A DNA stretch of 64,000 nt from Myxococcota bacterium. GTDB taxonomy: Bacteria; Myxococcota_A; UBA9160; SZUA-336. Below are positions 1-11,667 of this stretch, in pieces. The DNA is taken from NCBI GenBank assembly GCA_965247115.1, contig CBDFGR010000003.1:2112001-2176000 (forward strand). The letters run 5' to 3'. The stretch's first letter is position 1. Each line of letters begins with the position of its first letter. The notes under the pieces were generated by a model. That model was not told the DNA's origin, did not search any database, and was given only the letters and a program-made list of their open reading frames with translations. The position numbers and the translations under genes were made by a program.

Positions 1-1
1 G

Positions 2-559
2 CAAGTCGCCACATCTCTCGAGCTCCTTGCCCCCGAGTGGGAGACTCGCGTCGCTATCGTGCTCGATCACATCCGCCGCTGGCAGGTTGCAGCCGCACCC
101 GACGTGGCCTCTTTCCTGGCCGGCGAGCTCCGCTCCGACCTGCGCCGCGTCGACGCCGTCTTGACGCGACTCCTGACTCACCCCAGCTGCAAGGCCGGGC
201 TCTCGGACCTCGAGGTGGTCCGCCACCTGCTCCAGGGCTCGTCCGGCCAGCGGATCAAGGTGACGCCTGAATCGGTGATCTCGACCGTGGCTCGCCACTT
301 CAACCTGCGCCAGCGCGACCTGCGTTCCAGCAGTCGCAGTCGGCGCATCGCGTCACCGCGACAGATCGCGATGTACCTGATACGCGAGCACTGTGCCCTG
401 TCGTACCCGGAGATCGGACGTCGCTTCGGGCGCCACCACACAACTGCCCTGCACTCCGTCCGCATGGTGAAGCGCCGCCTCGACGACAGCGGAGCAGTGC
501 GGGCGGCAGTCGCGTTGCTGGAGAAGGAGCTGCTGAGATGGTCGGAAAAGGGTGAGTAG
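2..559 (+). CDS. dnaA: Chromosomal replication initiator DnaA, divergent; 5'-truncated by window edge (end of AAA+ domain plus domain IV)
   Basis: Frame is open from base 2: LLAPEWETRVAIV (cf. PPDLETRIAIL), SDLRRVDAVL (cf. SNVRELEGAL), RSSSRSRRIASPRQIAMYL...LSYPEIGRRFGRHHTTALHS. Directly upstream of dnaN. Confidence 0.85.
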   Translation, partial: QVATSLELLAPEWETRVAIVLDHIRRWQVAAAPDVASFLAGELRSDLRRVDAVLTRLLTHPSCKAGLSDLEVVRHLLQGSSGQRIKVTPESVISTVARHFNLRQRDLRSSSRSRRIASPRQIAMYLIREHCALSYPEIGRRFGRHHTTALHSVRMVKRRLDDSGAVRAAVALLEKELLRWSEKGE

Positions 560-747
560 ACGGTGGAAAAGCTGGCACGTGGTGCGGACCGTGCGCGCGA
601 CTCACACCGCCCGACAGCTTCTCCCCGGCAAGATGTGAAGAAAAGCACTCGAACTTGCGCTGCGAAAACGCAAGTTCCCAGATTTCCCCTGCCCCTACTT
701 CTACTACTGTTCTTCTTTGATTAACCTCTGAGAAGAAGGAGCGTTCC
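560..747. promoter_or_regulatory. Candidate oriC / DNA-unwinding region between dnaA and dnaN
   Basis: GCCC followed by trinucleotide run CTA-CTT-CTA-CTA-CTG (695-709) and a T-rich tract (710-724), preceded by degenerate boxes. Near-consensus box TTTTCCACC on the minus strand at 562-570. Perfect 9-bp inverted repeat GAACTTGCG/CGCAAGTTC (651-677). Confidence 0.7.
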
Positions 748-1854
748 ATGAAACTCACGATCGATCGCGTAGAGCTACTCGCAGGCCTGGCCAGAGTGCA
801 GGGCATCGTCGAACGACGGGGCACGCTTCCGATTCTTGCAAACGCGCTGATCGAGGCCCGGGAGGGCGGCATCGAGCTGGCCGCGACGGACCTCGAGGTG
901 GGCTTTGTCGCCAGCATCGAGGCCCAGGTCGAGAGCGAGGGCTCCGTCACGCTCGGAGCCAAAAAGCTCCATGAGATCGTGCGGGAGCTCGACGAGAGTG
1001 ACGTGGTCCTCTCGACAGAAGATGGCTCGCGCGTTGGTATCCAGTGCGGCCCCGCCCACTTCTCCCTGCTCACGATCGCACCCGAGGAGTACCCGACCAT
1101 TCCCGGTGCCGAGGGGGTCAGCTTCGTTCCCATGGAGGCCGCCCTGCTGGCCGAGATGATCGATCGCACGCTCTACGCCACCTCCACAGACGAGACCCGT
1201 TACAACCTCAACGGCGTGTACGTGGAGGGAGCGGAAAAGGACCGGATTCGCTTCGTCTCCACCGACGGCCATCGGCTGGCCAAGGTCGAGAAGACCCCGG
1301 CCGCCCCGGTCGACTTCCTCGAGAAGGGCATCATCATTCCGCGTAAGGGCATGGCGGAGATCCGCAAGCTCTGCGAAGAAACGGAGGGGTCGATCGAGAT
1401 CGGCCTGGGCGACGGGTTCCTGATCCTGCGGCGCCCCGATCTGCTGCTGACGAGCCGGCTGATCGATGGCGAATTCCCGAATTTCCGCCAGATCCTTCCC
1501 TCTGGCCACAAGGTGCGACTCGTCATCGATCGGGAGCGTCTGATCCACGCGGTGCGCAGGATGTCGCTCGTGGCGCACGAACGCTCGCGTGGCTTCCGGG
1601 CGCAGCTGGCGGACGGCCAGATCGAGCTCTCGGCGAGCAGTCCGGAGCTCGGAGAGGCCCGGGAAGCGCTGCCAGTGGACTACTCGGGGACCCCTTTCGA
1701 GAGCGCCTTCAACGCCCGTTACGTCCTCGACGCCCTGGCGGCCATGACCAGTAAAGAGGTCGTCATCGAGCTCTCCGAGCAGCTCTCCCCAGCGCAGCTC
1801 AGACCAGCGGACGACCCGGATCAGGTCTCCGTGATCATGCCCATGAGACTGTAG
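748..1854 (+). CDS. dnaN: DNA polymerase III beta sliding clamp
   Basis: ATDLE, STDGHRL, LIDGEFPNF, FNARYVLD and C-terminal IMPMRL; 368 aa; AAGGAG RBS. Confidence 0.97.
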   Translation: MKLTIDRVELLAGLARVQGIVERRGTLPILANALIEAREGGIELAATDLEVGFVASIEAQVESEGSVTLGAKKLHEIVRELDESDVVLSTEDGSRVGIQCGPAHFSLLTIAPEEYPTIPGAEGVSFVPMEAALLAEMIDRTLYATSTDETRYNLNGVYVEGAEKDRIRFVSTDGHRLAKVEKTPAAPVDFLEKGIIIPRKGMAEIRKLCEETEGSIEIGLGDGFLILRRPDLLLTSRLIDGEFPNFRQILPSGHKVRLVIDRERLIHAVRRMSLVAHERSRGFRAQLADGQIELSASSPELGEAREALPVDYSGTPFESAFNARYVLDALAAMTSKEVVIELSEQLSPAQLRPADDPDQVSVIMPMRL

Positions 1855-2002
1855 ATTCGAGCCGTCTGGTTCGCTATTTTATTCAGCGTTTGCAGCACCT
1901 TGCGAAGCAAGGGCGCCCCTTGCGATCCGGGTCTTTCGCACTACGGGAGAGTCGGGATTTCGAGCTGCTTCCGACCGTCGCGCAAACTCGCCCCTCCGGT
2001 AA

Positions 2003-4465
<2,463 letters not shown>

Positions 4466-4469
4466 GGGC

Positions 4470-7034
4470 ATGGCTGATGTCGTAGATACCCCGGCTACCC
4501 CGGCGGCCCCGGCGCATCCACCGCATAACCCGCCGGTCCCGGTGAACATCGAGGACGAGATGCGGAGCTCGTTTCTCGACTACTCGATGTCCGTCATCAT
4601 CACCCGGGCCCTGCCCGATGTGCGCGATGGCCTCAAGCCCTCCCAGCGCCGCATTCTGGTCACGTTCAACGACCTGAACCTGGCCGCAGACCGTCCGTAC
4701 CGGAAGTGCGCCAAGATCTCCGGGGACGTCTCAGGCAACTACCATCCTCACGGCGAGGTAGTCGTCTACCCCTCGATCGTTCGCCTCGCCCAGCCCTTCG
4801 CGCTGCGCTACCCGCTGGTGGACGGTCAGGGCAACTTCGGCTCGATCGACGGTGATCCGCCGGCGGCCATGCGCTACACGGAGGCGCGGCTCTCGCGGAT
4901 CGCGGCCGAGCTGCTGGCTGATCTCGAGCGGGACACCGTCGACTTCATCCCGAACTACGACAACACCCGCACCGAGCCGATGGTTCTACCGACGCGGCTG
5001 CCGAACCTCGTCGTCAATGGCTCCTCAGGCATCGCCGTGGGGATGGCGACGAACATCCCGCCCCACAACCTGGGCGAGGTCGTGGACGCGCTCGTCCTGT
5101 TGGCGCAAGAGCCCAAGTCCAGCCTCGACCTTGTGATGGAGAAGCTGCCCGCTCCGGACTTCCCGACCGGCGCAATGATCTGCGGGGGAGGCGGCATCCG
5201 TTCGGCGTACCGAACCGGTCGGGGCTTGCTCACCGTCCGCGCGCAGACACAGCTGGAGGAGGCACGAGGCGGCCGCGAGCGCATCGTGATCAGCGAGATC
5301 CCGTACATGGTCAACAAGGCGTCGATGATCGAGAAGATCGCCGACCTGGTGCGCGACGGCAGAATCGACGGGATCAGTGACATCCGCGACGAATCCGACC
5401 GCCGCGGCATGCGCGTGGTGATCGAGCTGAAGAAGGAAGCCGACGACCAGGTGATCCTGAACCAGCTCTACAAGCTCTCACCGATGCAGACCACCTTCGG
5501 CGTGAACATGGTGGCTCTCGTCAACAACCGGCCGCGCACCCTGGGCCTCGTCGCGCTGCTCAATCACTTCCTCGACTTCCGCCGCGAGGTGGTGCGTCGA
5601 CGCGCCGCCTACGATCTGCGCCAGGCGCGGGAGCGCGCCCACATTCTCGAGGGCTTTGCCCGCGCGCTGGACGACCTGGATGCGGTGATCGCCCTGATCC
5701 GACGCAGCGAGAGCCCAGCCCTCGCGCGCACGGGACTGGTCGACGAGTTCGAGCTCAGCGAGCTGCAGGCGCAGGCGATTCTCGAGCTGCGTCTGCAGCG
5801 GCTGACGGCGCTCGAGCGCCAGCGCATCCTCGACGAGCTAACGGAGATCCGCGCCAGGATCGAGCAGCTCAAGGAGCTCCTGGCCAGCGAGGACATGGTC
5901 ACCGACATGATCGTGGAAGAGCTCGGGGACCTGCGCGAGCGCTATGCCGACCCGCGCCGCACCGAGCTCGCCGCCGAGGCCGAGGAGCTCCGCGCCGAGG
6001 ACCTGATCCGCGATGAGGACATGGTGGTGACAGTCAGCCACCTGGGGTACGTGAAGCGCCACGCCCCTGCCCTGTACCGCGCCCAGCGCCGCGGCGGTAA
6101 GGGCAAGATTGCGACGACGACGCGCGAGGAGGACTTCGTCACCCAGCTCTTCATCGCGACGACCCACTCTTCTCTGCTCTGCTTCACGAACCGTGGCAGG
6201 GTCCACTGGCTCAAGGTTTACGAGCTGCCAGAGCTGTCGAGGGGCGCACGCGGGAAGGCGCTCCAGAACCTGCTGAGCCTCGGTTCGGGTGAGCGCGTCT
6301 CGGAAGTGCTGCCCGTGTCGAACTTCGACGACGGTGGCTACGTGGTGCTCGCGACCCGCCTCGGGACCATCAAGAAGACCTCGCTGGACGCCTACTCGAG
6401 CCCGCGCCGGGGCGGGATCATCGCGCTCAACCTGCATGAGGGCGACGAGCTCATTGGGGCCGCGCGCACGTATGGCGATGCCGAGCTCCTGATCGTGACG
6501 CAGGGCGGCAAGGCAATCCGATTCGAGGAGTCACAGGTTCGCGCGATGGGGCGTACGGCGGCCGGCGTGAAGGCGATCGGGGCACGGCCTGGTGACGCCG
6601 CCGTCGGGATGGAAGTGCTCAAACCCGGCCGCACCATCCTGACGGTGACCGAGAGGGGCTACGGAAAGCGCACGCCACTGGCCGAGTACCGCGAACAGAA
6701 CCGTGGCGGGCAGGGAATCATCACCATCAAGAGCACTCCGCGCAACGGGATGGTCGTGGGTATCCTGCAGGTCGCGGAGGAAGACGAGGTGATGCTGGTC
6801 ACGGACGGAGGCAAGATCATCCGCACCCGCGCTGCAGGGATCCCGACCATGGGCCGCAACACCCAGGGTGTTCGGGTCATGGAGACGAGCGAAGATGAAC
6901 GGGTGGTCTCGGTGGCGCGCGTCGCGGACAGCGAGGAGGTCCCGTCCGCAGACGCGGGTAAGACCGAAGACGCCGGTAAGACCGAAGACGCCGGTGAGAC
7001 CGCAGACGCGGCAAAGACGCCGCCTGTCGCCTGA
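4470..7034 (+). CDS. gyrA: DNA gyrase subunit A
   Basis: RALPDVRDGLKP, YHPHG, AAMRYTE and GyrA-box QRRGGKG. Confidence 0.98.
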   Translation: MADVVDTPATPAAPAHPPHNPPVPVNIEDEMRSSFLDYSMSVIITRALPDVRDGLKPSQRRILVTFNDLNLAADRPYRKCAKISGDVSGNYHPHGEVVVYPSIVRLAQPFALRYPLVDGQGNFGSIDGDPPAAMRYTEARLSRIAAELLADLERDTVDFIPNYDNTRTEPMVLPTRLPNLVVNGSSGIAVGMATNIPPHNLGEVVDALVLLAQEPKSSLDLVMEKLPAPDFPTGAMICGGGGIRSAYRTGRGLLTVRAQTQLEEARGGRERIVISEIPYMVNKASMIEKIADLVRDGRIDGISDIRDESDRRGMRVVIELKKEADDQVILNQLYKLSPMQTTFGVNMVALVNNRPRTLGLVALLNHFLDFRREVVRRRAAYDLRQARERAHILEGFARALDDLDAVIALIRRSESPALARTGLVDEFELSELQAQAILELRLQRLTALERQRILDELTEIRARIEQLKELLASEDMVTDMIVEELGDLRERYADPRRTELAAEAEELRAEDLIRDEDMVVTVSHLGYVKRHAPALYRAQRRGGKGKIATTTREEDFVTQLFIATTHSSLLCFTNRGRVHWLKVYELPELSRGARGKALQNLLSLGSGERVSEVLPVSNFDDGGYVVLATRLGTIKKTSLDAYSSPRRGGIIALNLHEGDELIGAARTYGDAELLIVTQGGKAIRFEESQVRAMGRTAAGVKAIGARPGDAAVGMEVLKPGRTILTVTERGYGKRTPLAEYREQNRGGQGIITIKSTPRNGMVVGILQVAEEDEVMLVTDGGKIIRTRAAGIPTMGRNTQGVRVMETSEDERVVSVARVADSEEVPSADAGKTEDAGKTEDAGETADAAKTPPVA
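6951..7019 (+). repeat. In-frame 18-bp tandem repeat (about 4 units) in the gyrA C-terminal tail
   Basis: GACGCSGGTAAGACCGAA units encoding DAGKTE-DAGKTE-DAGETA-DAAKT. Confidence 0.9.
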
Positions 7035-7037
7035 GAA

Positions 7038-8324
7038 ATGCGAACCCAACGCTCCAGGAAGCTGATGAAGCGGGCTCGAGCGGTGATCCCCGGCGGGGTG
7101 AACAGCCCCGTGCGGGCCTTCGGCTCGGTTGGTGGGACGGCGCGCTTCATCAAGCAGGCGACGGGCGCCCGCGTCGAGGACGAGGACGGCAACCGCTACA
7201 TCGACTACGTGGCCTCGTGGGGGCCGATCATCGTCGGTCACGCCCACCCCGTGGTGGTCGAGGCGGTCCGCAGTGCCGCGGCGCGGGGCACCAGCTTTGG
7301 AGCGCCGACGGAGGCAGAGGTGCTGCTCGCCGAGCGCGTCACCGAACTCGTTCCCTCCGTCGAGATGCTGCGCCTGGTCAACTCCGGCACCGAGGCGGTG
7401 ATGAGTGCCCTGCGCCTCGCGCGCGGCGCTACCGGCCGGGACAAGATCCTCAAGTTCGAGGGCTGCTATCATGGCCATCCTGACGCCATGCTGGCCGCGG
7501 CTGGCTCAGGGGTGGCCACGCTGGGAATTCCCGGCACGGACGGGGTCCCGCGAACGGCCGTGGCCGACACGATCGTCGTCCCGTACAACGACCTGGACGC
7601 AGTGGAGTCCGTCTTCGTCGACGCGTCGGACGAGATCGCGGCCATCATCGTGGAGCCCGTTGCCGCGAACATGGGCATGGTGCGTGCGCAGCCGAAGTTT
7701 CTCAACGGGCTCCGCGAGGTCTGCGACACCTACGGCAGTCTGCTGATCTTCGACGAGGTGATCACGGGCTTTCGGGTGGGTCTATCGGGTGCGCAGGGTA
7801 GGCTCGAGGTCAGCCCGGACCTCTCGACCTTCGGCAAGGTCATCGGCGGAGGATTGCCCGTCGGAGCGTACGGTGGCAAGCGCAGCCTGATGGAGAAGAT
7901 CGCGCCGGAGGGTCCAATCTTTCAAGCGGGCACCCTGTCGGGCAATCCGCTGGCGACGGCTGCCGGCCTTGCCGTGCTCGACCTGTTGTCGAGAGAGGGG
8001 ACCTTCGAGAGCCTCGAGGCGACTTCGCGAAGCCTGGCTCAGGGGCTGCAGAAGCTCGCGGACGAGGCCGAGGTCCCGTTCGTGAGCGACTTCATCGGCG
8101 GGATCCTGGGATTCTTCTTTCGAAGCGGGCTTCCACGCACGTTCGATGACGTGCGCGCGGCCGACCACGAACGCTACAAGCTGTTCTTCCAGGCCATGCT
8201 CGAGCAGGGCGTCTACCTCGCGCCCTCTGGCTACGAGGTCGCGTTCGTGACGACCGCCCACGCTGAGGAGGAGCTCGAGCTCACGCTCGCCGCGGCCCGC
8301 AAGGCGTTCAAGAAGGTCGCGTAG
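7038..8324 (+). CDS. hemL: Glutamate-1-semialdehyde 2,1-aminomutase
   Basis: PGGVNSPVRAF, NSGTEA, GCYHGH, FDEVITGFR, GKVIGGGLPVGA, AGTLSGNP. Confidence 0.96.
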   Translation: MRTQRSRKLMKRARAVIPGGVNSPVRAFGSVGGTARFIKQATGARVEDEDGNRYIDYVASWGPIIVGHAHPVVVEAVRSAAARGTSFGAPTEAEVLLAERVTELVPSVEMLRLVNSGTEAVMSALRLARGATGRDKILKFEGCYHGHPDAMLAAAGSGVATLGIPGTDGVPRTAVADTIVVPYNDLDAVESVFVDASDEIAAIIVEPVAANMGMVRAQPKFLNGLREVCDTYGSLLIFDEVITGFRVGLSGAQGRLEVSPDLSTFGKVIGGGLPVGAYGGKRSLMEKIAPEGPIFQAGTLSGNPLATAAGLAVLDLLSREGTFESLEATSRSLAQGLQKLADEAEVPFVSDFIGGILGFFFRSGLPRTFDDVRAADHERYKLFFQAMLEQGVYLAPSGYEVAFVTTAHAEEELELTLAAARKAFKKVA

Positions 8325-8606
8325 TTGGCGCTGCGATCGCAGCCAAGGTCTACGGCACTCGGCAGGGCGCTCGAGCTCGGCATCCAGTTCGGGGCCTGCG
8401 TCCTCGTCGGTATGGGCCTCGGGTACTATCTGGACCGCTGGCTGGGGACCGCGCCCCTCTTTCTCCTGATCTTCATGCTGTTCGGGTTCGCGGCCGGCCT
8501 GCGGACGCTACTCCGCTTCGCGCGCGACTCGTCGGCCCCTGGACCCTCCATGGCGGACGACTCCAAGCGCGACGAGGCGCCTCCGCCGCAGGACTCGAGA
8601 GAGTGA
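8325..8606 (+). CDS. AtpZ/AtpI-family F0F1 ATPase accessory membrane protein
   Basis: GMGLGYYLDRWLGTAPLFLLIFMLFGFAAG motif; first gene of the atp block; start codon uncertain (TTG). Confidence 0.8.
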   Translation: MALRSQPRSTALGRALELGIQFGACVLVGMGLGYYLDRWLGTAPLFLLIFMLFGFAAGLRTLLRFARDSSAPGPSMADDSKRDEAPPPQDSRE

Positions 8607-8992
8607 TCGCCACGCCACGAACGCTCCACGGCAGGCAGTTCCTGGTTCTCGTGGTTGCATTCGTGGCTTCCTTTCCGTATGGATGGCGCGCTAGCGCGAG
8701 CGTTGCACTGGGTGGAGGGATTCAGGCCGTGAACTTGAAGGCGCTGGAACGCGGAGTGGCCTGGCTGCTGGGGCTTCGCACGGCCGGTGGGCCGCTCGGC
8801 GGCGGCGCGCGGCTGGGCGCCGCTCTCCTGGTTCAGCTGCGCTGGATGATCTTGCTCACGGCGGTAGCGGTCATCCTGTTGACGTTGCCCGTCGAGCCGA
8901 TCGCCCTCCTCGTTGGGCTCTCGACGGCGGTGCTCGCGGTGATCTGGCACGGTTTCGCAACCGCGCGCCCGTCTCGAACTGGACAGCCCTAG
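8603..8992 (+). CDS. atpI: ATP synthase subunit I-like membrane protein
   Basis: Four hydrophobic segments; lies between the atpZ-like gene and atpB; GTGA coupling. Confidence 0.65.
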   Translation: MIATPRTLHGRQFLVLVVAFVASFPYGWRASASVALGGGIQAVNLKALERGVAWLLGLRTAGGPLGGGARLGAALLVQLRWMILLTAVAVILLTLPVEPIALLVGLSTAVLAVIWHGFATARPSRTGQP

Positions 8993-8995
8993 CCC

Positions 8996-9685
8996 ATGCC
9001 GCATCTCCCGACCGTCTTTGACCAGCTCGAGGCCTACGTGGCCGCTCCCGTAGCGACCCTGGTGCTCACCGTCCTGCTCCTCGGACTGATGGCGCTCGCG
9101 ATCTCCTCGGGACTCGCGAAGGATCCGGGCATCGTCCCTTCCGAGAAGCTCACCCTGCGCAACTTCCTGGAGATCCTGCTGGAGGGCATGGGCGGTCAGA
9201 TGAAAGCCGCGATCGGACCGGAGTGGCAGCGCTACGTGCCCCTGGTCTGCACGCTCGGTCTCTTCATCCTGATCTCGAACCTGACCGGGCTGATCCCGTT
9301 CTTTACCGGCCCCACGACCTTCATCGAGACCAACCTCGCCTGGGCCGTGATCTCGTTCATCTCCTACAACGCGGTCGGGATCCAGCACCACGGCCTGGCC
9401 TACTTCAAGCGCTTTCTAGGTCCGGTGCCGCTGCTCATCCCGTTGATGATGCCCATCGAGATCATCAATCACCTCGCCCGCATGCTCTCCCTCACCATCC
9501 GCCTGACGGCGAACATGTTCGCCGACCACACACTGGTCGCGATCTTCGTGACGATGCCGGTAGTGGGCTTCTTCGTGCCCTGGGCGATGATGGGCATGGG
9601 GATCTTCATTGCCCTCTTGCAGGCGTTCATATTCTCGTACTTGACAGTGGTCTTCATCGGGGAGGCGCTGGAAGAAGCGCACTAG
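8996..9685 (+). CDS. atpB: F0F1 ATP synthase subunit a
   Basis: ISNLTGLIP, IEIINHLARMLSLTIRLTANMFADH, LLQAFIFSYLT. Confidence 0.95.
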   Translation: MPHLPTVFDQLEAYVAAPVATLVLTVLLLGLMALAISSGLAKDPGIVPSEKLTLRNFLEILLEGMGGQMKAAIGPEWQRYVPLVCTLGLFILISNLTGLIPFFTGPTTFIETNLAWAVISFISYNAVGIQHHGLAYFKRFLGPVPLLIPLMMPIEIINHLARMLSLTIRLTANMFADHTLVAIFVTMPVVGFFVPWAMMGMGIFIALLQAFIFSYLTVVFIGEALEEAH

Positions 9686-9710
9686 CCCTGAGTCCTGGAG
9701 GTAACGACCG

Positions 9711-10016
9711 ATGCGCGTACTCTCGACAATGGCTCTGATCTTCGTCTCCGTGCTGCTCGCTCCGAACGTCGCCCTGGCGGCAGAGGCAAGCGTGGGCTGG
9801 GGCATAGGCATCGGAGCAGGACTGGCAATCGGCCTCGCTGGCCTCGGCTGTGGCGTCGGCCAGGGTCTGGCGGGCGCATTTGCGGTGCAGGGTGTCGCGC
9901 GCAACCCCGGAGCCGCTGGACAGATCCAGACTCCCATGATCATCACCCTGGCGCTGATCGAGTCCATCTCGCTCTACGGGCTCGTGATTGCCATCCTGCT
10001 CGTTGGCGAGCTCTGA
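9711..10016 (+). CDS. atpE: F0F1 ATP synthase subunit c with N-terminal signal-like extension
   Basis: GxGxGxG, ARNPG loop, LALIESISLY; GGAGG RBS. Confidence 0.95.
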   Translation: MRVLSTMALIFVSVLLAPNVALAAEASVGWGIGIGAGLAIGLAGLGCGVGQGLAGAFAVQGVARNPGAAGQIQTPMIITLALIESISLYGLVIAILLVGEL

Positions 10017-10231
10017 GCCGACTGCGGCGCAGAGCCGTTTCCCGAAGCTGACGTCAGTCGCGCGAGGTGTTCACATGCGCCCGGCGGGAACTCCCGATCT
10101 CGCACACTTACGCTGGGCATGCTGCTTGCTCCAACCGGTTCGGGGCCCAACGGGCATCCCTCTAACGGGACCGGGGATACCGTCCGGGCCCTAGCCGGAT
10201 GGGGACTGGGGACAGGCGTGCGGTTAACGGG

Positions 10232-10855
10232 GTGAGGCGCGCGCCGACCCCATCCGGCAATCCCGCCCGAGGACGGTTCATCGTCCTGGAGGGCGTCGAC
10301 GGCAGCGGCAAGACCACGCAGATCGCCCGCGTTGTCGCGTGGCTGCGCGAACGAGGAGCGCCGGTAGTGGAGACGCGCGAGCCGACCGCGGGAGTTTGGG
10401 GCAGCCGCTATCGCAGCTGGGCACGCGGCGAGATCTCGGCGACGCCAGAGGACGTGCTGCGCTTCTTCGTCGAGGACCGCCGCGAGCACGCCGAACGGCT
10501 GATCAACCCCGAGCTGGCACGCGGCTCGGTCATCATCTCCGATCGCTACTATTACTCGACCCTTGCCTACCAGGCGGCGCAGGGCATCGATCGCGCGACG
10601 CTCACGGAGCAGCTCGAGATCGACGAATTGCCACAGCCCGACCTCGCGCTGTGGCTGCGACTTCCGGTCGCACTCGCGCTGGAGCGCGCGGGCGCGGCGG
10701 CAGTCGAGCCCTTCGAAAAAGCAGCATTCCTGGAGCGCGTGGACGCGGAGTACGAACGCATGGGGTTGGTGGAGATCGACGCCAGTGGGACCGTCCGGGA
10801 GGTTGAAGACGCGATACGTGTGGCTGTTGAGGAGCTGATTGGAGACCAGAACTGA
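10232..10855 (+). CDS. tmk: Thymidylate kinase
   Basis: FIVLEGVDGSGKTTQ, TREP, SDRYYYSTLAYQ; start approximate. Confidence 0.93.
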   Translation: MRRAPTPSGNPARGRFIVLEGVDGSGKTTQIARVVAWLRERGAPVVETREPTAGVWGSRYRSWARGEISATPEDVLRFFVEDRREHAERLINPELARGSVIISDRYYYSTLAYQAAQGIDRATLTEQLEIDELPQPDLALWLRLPVALALERAGAAAVEPFEKAAFLERVDAEYERMGLVEIDASGTVREVEDAIRVAVEELIGDQN

Positions 10856-10876
10856 CGCCGGCGGACGCCTCCTTGC

Positions 10877-11638
10877 CTACCCGGCGCGGCGACGGGGTTC
10901 GCCGGGGCTGGTGTCGATAGGTGGTTTCCGGTCTTCGGCGCGGTCGGCGAGGTCAAGGAACTGGGCGGCCATTTTTGGACCGGCGGCTTCGTCCTCGTGT
11001 TTGAAGAAGATGAAGGCCTCGTTCCAGCCGTGGGTCTGGATGCGCTGGGCCCAGGCTGCGAGGTCGGCGCGGGTGTAGTCCTCGCGGCGCAGTCGGAGGT
11101 AGCCCCAGCTTGCGGCCGGGAGCTCGGCGTTGGCCGGGTTGTCTTTGGTGTCGGAGACGCAGAGGGCGAGGTCTCTGTCCGCGAGCACGCTCTCTACTCT
11201 GTCGTCGCGCCAGGATTCGTGGCGGAACTCGAAGGCGGCGGGGAGATCCTCTGGAAGGAGATCGAGGAAGGACTCGAGCCGCGGTAGGTCAGCCTTCATG
11301 TTCGGGGGGAGCTGGAAGAGGATTACGCCGCGGCGGTCGCCCAGCGTGCTCGTTACGCGCAGCAGGTATTCCGTCTCTTCATCGACGTCATTCAGGCGTT
11401 TAAAGTGGGTGATGCGGCGCGAGGCCTTGATGGAGAAGCGGAAGTGCTCCGGGACCTGGTCTGCCCAGGAGGAGACCACCTCGGCCTTGGGCATGCGGTA
11501 GAAAGTGTTGTTGATCTCGACGGCGGGCAGTCGCTCCGCGTAGAAGTGGAGCATTTCCTTCTGGGGAAGTCGCTCGGGGTAGAAGGGACCCTTCCACTCC
11601 TTGTAGCTGAAACCGCTCGTCCCTGCGTGTAGTCTCAC
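10877..11638 (-). CDS. DUF72 family protein
   Basis: GTSGFSYKEW, VEINNTFYRMP, LFQLPP, AFEFRH, YLRLR; GTG start after GGAG. Confidence 0.88.
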   Translation of the reverse strand: MRLHAGTSGFSYKEWKGPFYPERLPQKEMLHFYAERLPAVEINNTFYRMPKAEVVSSWADQVPEHFRFSIKASRRITHFKRLNDVDEETEYLLRVTSTLGDRRGVILFQLPPNMKADLPRLESFLDLLPEDLPAAFEFRHESWRDDRVESVLADRDLALCVSDTKDNPANAELPAASWGYLRLRREDYTRADLAAWAQRIQTHGWNEAFIFFKHEDEAAGPKMAAQFLDLADRAEDRKPPIDTSPGEPRRRAG

Positions 11639-11667
11639 CAGCTTCTCCGAGGGGAAGGGGGCGATTA

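Noticed and set aside
10017..10231. SRP RNA, 6S RNA, tRNA or known riboswitch
   Set aside because: Only fragments (e.g. AAGCAGC on the minus strand) resemble SRP; full consensus motifs and a cloverleaf are absent.
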